Source: Nitrospira sp. CG24E (lineage in GTDB: Bacteria; Nitrospirota; Nitrospiria; Nitrospirales; Nitrospiraceae). Taken from it: a stretch of DNA of 64,000 nucleotides. How positions within the stretch are numbered: position 1 is the first letter of the stretch; each line of letters begins with the position of its first letter. A model generated the notes under the pieces. That model worked only from the letters and a program-made list of their open reading frames with translations, was not told the origin of the DNA and made no database searches. Positions 56,852 to 64,000 of this stretch are shown one piece after another. The position numbers and the translations under genes were made by a program. The DNA is taken from positions 24,601-88,600 of the forward strand of contig NEWP02000009.1 of NCBI GenBank assembly GCA_002869895.2, read 5' to 3'.

Positions 56852-57705
56852 CCTCTGTAAGTCATCAACCAGAAATCATTCGTAGATTCCACAATGAGAA
56901 TCTCAATGACCAGGCCCCATCGCCCACATCGCCAACCTCCCAGCGAACTAATCGGCTGGCCAGACTGACGCCATGGGTTACATCGACATGGTTCGCTGCA
57001 CGCTCTCTTCTCCCTCGTCTTTGTACCTCAACCAAAGAAATCCAGAACAGACCACTTTCCTCATTACGCAAACTCTGCTATACAAAGAGTAGCAAGATCA
57101 CAATTTGAAATCGAAGGGGGGTGGAGCTCGAATGGCAACGAAGAAAGCAGCAGCAAAGAAACCGGCAAAGAAGAAGAAGTAGTCGCACCATGAGGAGGCG
57201 GCGGCCACGTCGCCTCCTCACCATCCTCCTCCAGCCCCCTCGACCTTGGGCACCTCCATAGATGGACTGAGCAATTCATTATCCTCTACGACGAACTCTC
57301 TCTAACCTTGATCAAGCAAAATAGGCTACGTCGAAAATTCAGTAGAAGAACAGCACAACCGGTTTTCCTGTCAAAGGAAGGCGCGAAGCTCGTCATCCCG
57401 ACGAACGCACAGGCATGGCAAGAGAGAATGTCCAGCGGATTGAGTTCAGCATTATCGGAAGGAAAGCAAAAAAAAAGGGAGGTGACGGCTACATCACCCC
57501 CCTAACTTTCTCTACGCCAGGTGAGAAGCCCTAGCCAGAAGAAAGCAGCGGGCCGATTTTAGCATGAACCTTCCCCAAGAATACAGAAATTCATATATCT
57601 TCGAATAATCAATTGCTTACGATGTCATTCCGCCGAATTCAGGCGCGCCGAATTCCCACCGCACTGTAGAACGCTTGGTTGCGGCATGAAGCCAGTCGCC
57701 TGCTG

Positions 57706-58104
57706 TTACTCCCCGCACGCGATCTTGCGATAGGTCTCGTCTAGACTTCCTCGACTGATCGGCCTCCATGGGTCAGTAGGATAGTTATTACCCCACACAT
57801 AAACTCCATTGCCCATGTGATCAGCATGGGCAATGACAGAATGTGTCCGAACTTTCTCCTTCGTGCAATCATACTCTTCTCGTGTTCGCACGGAAAAAAA
57901 CGGCTTGCCATCAAGCGTCCTTTGAGGAGCCTTATAATCATCGAGGACCCACATCTTGGCAAACTGATCTGTTTTGTTAATGCTCCCCCGGTCGACATAA
58001 TGGCTGAACAGCTCCGTGGAACCGATCGGCTGCCATTCAGCATAAGCAAAGGTTGCGCTTCCACAAGCCCACAAAATTGTAACGACGAATAGTCGGGTGA
58101 TCAT
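57706..58104 (-). CDS. surface-adhesin-E-like small secreted protein
   Basis: AAGGAG SD, signal peptide MITRLFVVTILWACGSATFAYA, W..IG....YVD..SI...REEYDC...W..I....L....C pattern. Confidence 0.55.
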   Translation of the reverse strand: MITRLFVVTILWACGSATFAYAEWQPIGSTELFSHYVDRGSINKTDQFAKMWVLDDYKAPQRTLDGKPFFSVRTREEYDCTKEKVRTHSVIAHADHMGNGVYVWGNNYPTDPWRPISRGSLDETYRKIACGE

Positions 58105-58420
58105 TCCGTCTCCTTGAAAGAGAAAACATATTTCGCCATCAAAGACTACGCTAAATGAAATCGGGAATCTATCCCAAAGACTCCGAGGAGCCCACATCAT
58201 TCCGGGCGGTTCATCACACTCGTCCGGTTTCCAGGGTCACGTGTAGCGTCGATTTGAGCTGTCTCACCTTTGCCAGGCAGTCTGTCGTGACAGCAATCGA
58301 GAGGTAGTTGATCTTGGCGCACACCGGAAAACTCTCAAGCGCGACAGTCGGGGTGGGATGTGCGAGACAAGGCTCAAACTCCCTGGTATACTTTCACTAC
58401 ATCATTGATTCGGAGAAGGT

Positions 58421-59368
58421 ATGGCCACAAAAGGCTATCCTGGACTCGTAGTGGTACCGCCTAGCGATCGATCGATCCTCAGACGTCGATTGTTCTATGG
58501 GGGTGTTGTCATCATCGCTCTTGTATGGGGCGCATCGGCAAGCAAGTTCTGGGTTCCCCCATCAAACAGCAATGACAACTGCCAAACTGCTAGCGGGCAA
58601 GCAGCCTCTTCTCATGCACTTAAAGAATGTGGCCAATCGGGACAATCCGCAGCTGAAACGCAATCCAGCCTGGGCAAGTTCTCCGTTGCGGAAGCGTCAC
58701 AGGGTGGGAGCATGGTCGCATTACGGAGTTCCCTGCCAATACCAAGCAAGCATATGGATCAACTTTCGACATTACACGTTGAGAAACAAGAATTGAGAAT
58801 CAGTCACAATGGTCCTGCAGGCCGCTCCTCGGAACGTGCCATATCGCCCCCCTCTGTGAAAGAGTTAACACCGAGCGCGGTCGCCAAAAGTGCGGAATCC
58901 AGTCCGAGTCCCGACACCCGCTTGGCCCAGCAGGGAGATGCGTTTGCCCAGTATCGACTCGGCCGTTTTTACGCGCAGCTGAGCGGGCCAAAGGCGCCAG
59001 AGTCCGTAAGCTGGTACGCGAAAGCCTCTGATGGTCTACAGCGCTTGGCAGAAGCCGGCAATGGACAGGCGATGTATGTACTTGGCGTCATGTACGCATT
59101 TGGGCGCGGAGTGGCAAAGGATGAAGAACAGGCTCGACTTTGGCTGACCCAAGCCGTTGATCAGCAGGTTCCAGAAGCCCATCAGATACTCGCGAAGCTA
59201 GATGGATATTCTGAGCGCCGCCTCCAGATAGCAGGCGGAACCCCTTCAGCAGAGCAGGTAGAAATAGCGACAAAGCCGGTCTCGGCTCAGTTCCAAGTAA
59301 AGCGGTCGTCTGGGACAAAACGCAGCCCTGACCGCACCTTCCTGACGGACTACACAGATTCACATTGA
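58421..59368 (+). CDS. membrane-anchored Sel1-repeat (TPR-like) protein
   Basis: GDAFAQYRLGRFYA and GNGQAMYVLGVMYAFGRGVAKDEEQARLWLTQA Sel1 repeats. Confidence 0.75.
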   Translation: MATKGYPGLVVVPPSDRSILRRRLFYGGVVIIALVWGASASKFWVPPSNSNDNCQTASGQAASSHALKECGQSGQSAAETQSSLGKFSVAEASQGGSMVALRSSLPIPSKHMDQLSTLHVEKQELRISHNGPAGRSSERAISPPSVKELTPSAVAKSAESSPSPDTRLAQQGDAFAQYRLGRFYAQLSGPKAPESVSWYAKASDGLQRLAEAGNGQAMYVLGVMYAFGRGVAKDEEQARLWLTQAVDQQVPEAHQILAKLDGYSERRLQIAGGTPSAEQVEIATKPVSAQFQVKRSSGTKRSPDRTFLTDYTDSH

Positions 59369-59375
59369 GACAACG

Positions 59376-60104
59376 CTACCGAAATCCTTCTCCGCTCGTT
59401 CCCCCTCCAAACCCTCCAAAGTTTCCACCGAAGCCCCCCTGGCCAGTCCCCCAGTACTCACCTCTTTGTATTCGTGTGTAGGGGTGCCGAAGATCCGGTC
59501 TGCTGATCCACCAGAAAAATGAGAATCCCCCGACAGCGGTAACCAGGGCGAGCCAAACCCCCAAACCTTTTGAATGGGCCTTGGTGATGTCGCCGACACG
59601 CACGTCCTGCGCAGGAGAAGCGAGCGCCACCACGGCGCGATAGAGACCTTCGCCGAAATGTCCCACTGCAATCGAGGGCTGTAGAGACTCGCGTCCGACC
59701 TGATTCATCACGCTAGGAGTAATCACCGGCAACATCTGCCGCCCAAGCGTGATGGCAGCTTGTCGCTCTTCCACCGCGACCAGCACCATCACTCCATATT
59801 CCTGTTGCGTCGATCCGATACCCCATTTTTCATAGAGGGCCGTCGCATACTCATTCGCCGACCCGAAGGGCTTAATGCTCGGCACTGTGACTACCACCAT
59901 CTCGACGCCGGTCTTCCGCTCCAGATCTTGGCAGACGGACCGGATGCGCTCTTTCCAATCCCCATCGATCGCCTGCGCATGGTCGCTGACATAGCCTCGT
60001 GGCTCCGGCAACTTTATCGTTGGTCGCTCGTAGGAGACCGCCTGGGCAAGCCCCTCGAACAAGACGAGACAGAGCAGCATTGCAAGACCCAGGATCTTCG
60101 TCAT
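59376..60104 (-). CDS. TPM-domain protein (YgcG-like) with TM helix and Gly-rich tail
   Basis: YVSDHAQAID..., MVVVTVPSI, GGFGGNFGGFGGG tail. Confidence 0.75.
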   Translation of the reverse strand: MTKILGLAMLLCLVLFEGLAQAVSYERPTIKLPEPRGYVSDHAQAIDGDWKERIRSVCQDLERKTGVEMVVVTVPSIKPFGSANEYATALYEKWGIGSTQQEYGVMVLVAVEERQAAITLGRQMLPVITPSVMNQVGRESLQPSIAVGHFGEGLYRAVVALASPAQDVRVGDITKAHSKGLGVWLALVTAVGGFSFFWWISRPDLRHPYTRIQRGEYWGTGQGGFGGNFGGFGGGTSGEGFR

Positions 60105-60859
60105 CGCTGCTCCGACGGCAATTGTTGTTCGGCTACCCGAGTGAGCAATGTCGTAGCCTGCAGATATCTGTCGAACAAGCGAGGCATTTCATGGGGGCCA
60201 GGAGAGGTCTGTCCTCGCTTGAGCAGCCAGACCTCCAGCAGACTCTGTAAATCCAGATGCAACTGTTCAGCAACATCTTTGATTACTGCATCGGAGAGGG
60301 AGAGGACAGGGCGCCCAAGAAGACGTTGCACCCCGCGTAGCAATGGAATGATTGAGGTGATCGAAAGCGGCAGTAATATTGTCGTCGCCTCGTCGCCACC
60401 ACCCCCTTCGACATACCGTTGACGCAGACGCATCAGATGACTCATGAAACCTTGGGCCACGGCCTCCCTCAGCCGATCGGTTTTCACGTGAAACCCGATG
60501 AAGGGATCGCGCCCTCCTAGGACACGATGTTGTTCCTGGATCTCCAGAAACTCAAGCGGAAATACCCCTGCCGATCGGTGCAGCTCCTCTTCCGTCAGAA
60601 AGAGAGGAGCCACAATCTGTTCTTTGCTCCATTGGCGATGCAACGCGCTGTACTGTTTGAGGACGGCGCTGTCGTACGACGATACCAAGAGTAAGATATT
60701 CAGGTTGGACCGCCCCGAAAGGAATTCTCCTCGAACCGCACTGCCGTACAGCAGCAGGCCTTCCAACTGTTCCCCGAACTTGCCTTCGACCGCCCTCACA
60801 TAGGCCCACAGCAGCTTCTGTGTATTGTCGGGCAACCCCTCGATCAAACGTTCAGTCAT
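60101..60859 (-). CDS. nucleotidyltransferase-fold protein with substituted catalytic residues
   Basis: LLYGSAVRGEFLSGRSNLNILLLV has Asn where the canonical GS..RG....SD.D motif has Asp. Confidence 0.6.
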   Translation of the reverse strand: MTERLIEGLPDNTQKLLWAYVRAVEGKFGEQLEGLLLYGSAVRGEFLSGRSNLNILLLVSSYDSAVLKQYSALHRQWSKEQIVAPLFLTEEELHRSAGVFPLEFLEIQEQHRVLGGRDPFIGFHVKTDRLREAVAQGFMSHLMRLRQRYVEGGGGDEATTILLPLSITSIIPLLRGVQRLLGRPVLSLSDAVIKDVAEQLHLDLQSLLEVWLLKRGQTSPGPHEMPRLFDRYLQATTLLTRVAEQQLPSEQR

Positions 60860-60871
60860 GTCCGTCGTTTT

Positions 60872-62146
60872 TCACGATGACATTGGATGTGGGGATTTCT
60901 CGTTCGCGCAGATATCGGGAAACAGCCCAGCGGCGATCACGCGATCGATTCCATGAAAAGGCGGAGTCGCGCGCAACCCTGCCGTAGTCGACAGGACTTG
61001 ATAGCGCAGCCGCGCATTCCGATCCAGCGTCTGAAACACGCGGTCGCGCAGAAACGCCACCGCTGGATTGGCCGTATTCCAATAGAATACTTGCTGATCG
61101 GCCAACTGTTGCAGCATCGTTACGTGCGGCCGCCTGACTCGCTCAAATGCGCTCAACTTGGCGGCTGAATAGTCCTTCTCTGCAAGACAGCCAGGCAACA
61201 AGTCGGACAGAGCCATGGCATCGACCATGGCCTGCATACGCCCTTGCGAGGCATGGGGATTCATTGCATGGGCTGCATCGCCGATCAAGACGGCTCCATC
61301 TGCAACCCATGTCGGCGTGCGCACCCGCCCGGTCGGCATATAGGCGGTCTGACTCCAATCTCTCAGATGCCGAAACAGACCGGCAAACTGCGGCGCGATC
61401 TCGCTCCATATCTGCTGGAGCGAAGGGATACCCCGTTGTTTCACGGCCTCCATCGAGTCCTTGGGAATCATGTAGAAAATATAAACCTTGTTTCCCGTCG
61501 CTGGGAACAGGCCCAAAATGGTCTTCTGTCCCACGTAGTAAAACGATTCCGATACAGGCTCCTCCGATTCGAGGATCGCAATCAGATACCCATCGGGATA
61601 GAGATACAGGTCCGTGGGAATCTTGAGCGCTTCTCGCACTTTTGAAAATGCGCCATCGGCGCCGACGACAATCTTTGCACGGATCGTACTGGCTCCCTCC
61701 GGACTGTTCGTGGACAAACCCACCACGCGATCGCCTTCGCGCACGAGCCCTGTGAAGGAGGTTCCGTAACGGAGCGTGACGCTCTTTTGATGTTGCACCG
61801 CTGCGACAATGGCGTGGTGAGCCACGTTGGGAAGTGTCACGATAGCGCGGTTGTACGGCGCCGGCAGGTCGCCATAGTCGATGCTACAAAGACGCCTCCC
61901 CCCGGCCCGGCAAAAATGAAAGTGCCGCACGGATCTTGTGGCATCGGTCGGTAAGGCGGACAACACACCCAGGCGGTCAAGCACCTGTTGTCCGTTGGGT
62001 TGTAGTATTTCTCCCCGCAAACCTTTGGGTGGTCCGCTAGCCTGATCCAACACGATTGTGCTGATCTCTTGCTTCGCCAGCGCCAAGGCCAAGACGGCTC
62101 CGCCGCCTCCCGCCCCTACCACCACGACATCGGTCTCCTCAGTCAT
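60872..62146 (-). CDS. FAD-dependent monooxygenase (UbiH/geranylgeranyl-reductase-like)
   Basis: DVVVVGAGGGGAVLALALA, GDAAHAMNPHASQG motifs. Confidence 0.8.
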   Translation of the reverse strand: MTEETDVVVVGAGGGGAVLALALAKQEISTIVLDQASGPPKGLRGEILQPNGQQVLDRLGVLSALPTDATRSVRHFHFCRAGGRRLCSIDYGDLPAPYNRAIVTLPNVAHHAIVAAVQHQKSVTLRYGTSFTGLVREGDRVVGLSTNSPEGASTIRAKIVVGADGAFSKVREALKIPTDLYLYPDGYLIAILESEEPVSESFYYVGQKTILGLFPATGNKVYIFYMIPKDSMEAVKQRGIPSLQQIWSEIAPQFAGLFRHLRDWSQTAYMPTGRVRTPTWVADGAVLIGDAAHAMNPHASQGRMQAMVDAMALSDLLPGCLAEKDYSAAKLSAFERVRRPHVTMLQQLADQQVFYWNTANPAVAFLRDRVFQTLDRNARLRYQVLSTTAGLRATPPFHGIDRVIAAGLFPDICANEKSPHPMSS

Positions 62147-62169
62147 TGCTCCTCATAAAGAAAGGTTAC

Positions 62170-62239
62170 GGTTGAGGCTAAGGTTGGGAAAAAGAACGGT
62201 CCTGCCAACTTTCTTGCAACGTCAACCTTAGCCTCAACC
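62170..62239. repeat. perfect 17-bp inverted repeat GGTTGAGGCTAAGGTTG / CAACCTTAGCCTCAACC with a 36-nt loop
   Basis: Read directly from the sequence. The arms have a GGTT-phased look related to the hairpin family. Lies between the PLD stop and the monooxygenase start. Confidence 0.8.
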
Positions 62240-62252
62240 TCAACCTGCTTGA

Positions 62253-62825
62253 CTATTTCCATTCCCTAAATCTCGCATGATCGTTCCACATCGAGAGGAA
62301 TTTCTCCCTAGCTTTGACGGTGATCTCGCGATCGGTCATGACGTCAAGCCGTTCATCGTTATAGCGATTGCCGCTCGTCGTGTGGTTCATCGAGCCGGAC
62401 ACATTCACTTCATCGTCAATCACGACCTGCTTCAGATGCATCAGCCCATCGTGTTCGTTCACGAGGATAGGAATGCCCGCCAGATGCAGCGTATCGAGAG
62501 CCGTTCGCTGTTTGATGTCCTCTGTGCGCTGCCGGTCGGTAATCATCCGCACATCCACCCCTCGTTTTTTCGCTTCAACCATAGCCTCCACCGCACGGGG
62601 AGAGGTTAACCCATAGACCGCCACAAAGAGATAGCGTGTCGCCTGCCGATAGAGCGTCAGCAGACGATCGAGTGGCGCGTCATCCGGCCCATAATAGACC
62701 TCCACTGTCGCGCTCCACCCGACCCCAACCGGAACCGCCTGCATCAGCAGGACGAGACCGAACGACCAGGCGATCGGGTTGGAAACGGCTGTCCTCTTCG
62801 ATGGCAGAGAGCAGACCTGAGTCAT
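62253..62825 (-). CDS. phospholipase D-family protein (Nuc-like endonuclease/PLD), secreted
   Basis: Single HKD motif MHLKQVVID...GSMNHT; N-terminal signal/TM. Confidence 0.8.
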   Translation of the reverse strand: MTQVCSLPSKRTAVSNPIAWSFGLVLLMQAVPVGVGWSATVEVYYGPDDAPLDRLLTLYRQATRYLFVAVYGLTSPRAVEAMVEAKKRGVDVRMITDRQRTEDIKQRTALDTLHLAGIPILVNEHDGLMHLKQVVIDDEVNVSGSMNHTTSGNRYNDERLDVMTDREITVKAREKFLSMWNDHARFREWK

Positions 62826-63223
62826 TCGAGTTCAAACAACATTTTGAAATGATCGTCCGTGGCCTCCCAGGCCTGGGGCGCCTTAGCCACAAGCCACTGC
62901 TGCAAAAACTGCTTTTGACCAGCTGTCAGCAGCTGTTTGATTTGGTGCGAGCGGCCTTGAAGCGGTTGCAGAAATCCGACCCGCTTTTGAAAATCCAACG
63001 TCGCAGTGCGGACATACATATTCGTGAAAGAGGTCGGTGCTTCACCCTCGCCGTCGCCTTGAATCCAAACCGATAAAAATTTCTCCAAATGGAGCCCAGC
63101 ACTGTCCATGGCAGGATCGGTGTCGTGAAACAACTCATTTTCAGACTCTTTCAGGGGGGCGGCCTCGGTGGACCTGAACATGAAGTTGTGGTTCCACATA
63201 CTTTCGCCCCTCCCAAAAAGCAT
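62822..63223 (-). CDS. hypothetical protein, 4-nt overlap with the PLD gene
   Basis: 133-aa ORF. No motif recognised; start uncertain. Confidence 0.35.
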   Translation of the reverse strand: MLFGRGESMWNHNFMFRSTEAAPLKESENELFHDTDPAMDSAGLHLEKFLSVWIQGDGEGEAPTSFTNMYVRTATLDFQKRVGFLQPLQGRSHQIKQLLTAGQKQFLQQWLVAKAPQAWEATDDHFKMLFELE

Positions 63224-63341
63224 ACTGGCGGCGGATCACGGACAAAGTCAAGGGACCTTGAGTGATGAGAGTCGCTTGTGGCATCTTTCCCCTCAAGCGT
63301 ATAATGCAGTTCCTATTTAAATCATGAAGGAGACTCTCTCT

Positions 63342-64000
63342 ATGGAACAGCAACAACGGAAAGATGGAACTGCAACAGTCGCCGATGATCCAAAGGCGCG
63401 GGACATGCTTCGGCAGGCCTTCGAGAATACCGCTCGGTGGCAGAAGGACTTTAAGGGCTTTACTGCCGATCTGACAGTGAACGTGAACGGGAAGGAAACC
63501 ACTGGGCCAGTCATGGTCAAAGGCCCTCGTGAAGTATCGGTCCAGCTGGGCGAGGCCGAGGTGCAGAAGTGGGCGCAGGAACAGATCGGCATGATCGCGA
63601 CGCACCGGGGGGCGAGAACCTTCGAAGAATCGGACGGGAAATACTCCTTAACGATGGAAGAAGACCGGCACCCGTTCGGCACGAAACTCATCATTCACGG
63701 ATCGCACTCGTTTTATCGCATCAAAGACCGTCGCATTACCCAAATCAATCGAACGATGGCACACCCAGGCATGACCCCCTTTGCCTTTACGATTAATGTG
63801 GAAGAGAGCGCCGTGACTCAAGACCAGAAGAATCTGACGACAAAGTACAGCGTCTATTACTACTCACCGACCGATGGGAAACTAAACAATGTGGAGGTTT
63901 TTACCGATACCCACATACGCGTCGGATCGGCGGATTTGCCTGCGACCCGCCGCATCATTTCATATGAAAACGGCGAAGTAATTGTGAAGAACTTGACCTT
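63342..64000 (+). CDS. DUF3386-like protein, 3' end outside the window
   Basis: AAGGAG SD. Open frame to the window end (not in the ORF track because no stop is reached). ARDMLRQAFENTARWQKDFKGFTADLTVNVNGKE resembles DUF3386 N-termini. Confidence 0.5.
   Translation, partial: MEQQQRKDGTATVADDPKARDMLRQAFENTARWQKDFKGFTADLTVNVNGKETTGPVMVKGPREVSVQLGEAEVQKWAQEQIGMIATHRGARTFEESDGKYSLTMEEDRHPFGTKLIIHGSHSFYRIKDRRITQINRTMAHPGMTPFAFTINVEESAVTQDQKNLTTKYSVYYYSPTDGKLNNVEVFTDTHIRVGSADLPATRRIISYENGEVIVKNLT

Overview
This is a 64-kb chromosomal segment from a moderately GC-rich Gram-negative bacterium. The gene content and the intergenic repeats remind me of Nitrospira-type genomes, but I cannot verify that from this window. 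The backbone is housekeeping: E2 tail and lipA, pgm, htrA, an EF-G paralogue, radC, rsmD-coaD-aminotransferase, tsaC-purD-purH, dnaE, accA, galE, DUF190-crcB, a GT87/Dpm1 pair, prfC, and a Cache/GAF/GGDEF sensor. I found no rRNA, tRNA or CRISPR array. There are two clear accessory patches. (1) 4.3-10.5 kb is a decayed Rhs/polymorphic-toxin locus. It holds two orphan toxin-tip plus immunity cassettes, Rhs N-terminal remnants, an IS200-like/RayT (HUH, Y1) transposase embedded in REP-like repeats, a four-helix-bundle gene flanked by inverted repeats sitting inside a gutted integrase gene, and an MNT-HEPN pair whose HEPN is frameshifted. (2) 25.9-31.8 kb holds a second MNT-HEPN pair whose HEPN carries a stop codon and a 201-bp MITE-like insertion. 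It also holds an orphan Phd/YefM antitoxin, a DUF6036-like NTase two-gene module, and a stand-alone 639-aa papain-like peptidase fused to an alpha/beta hydrolase. That fusion is the best candidate for an uncharacterised conflict or effector gene. The most striking sequence-level signal is a set of at least four intergenic structured repeat families. The main one is a long hairpin built from phased 7-8-nt units around a conserved TTCAACCAAATAAAC core, with about 10 copies that are sometimes nested in, or fused to, other elements and gene ends. All functional calls come from motif recognition by eye; no database search was run.
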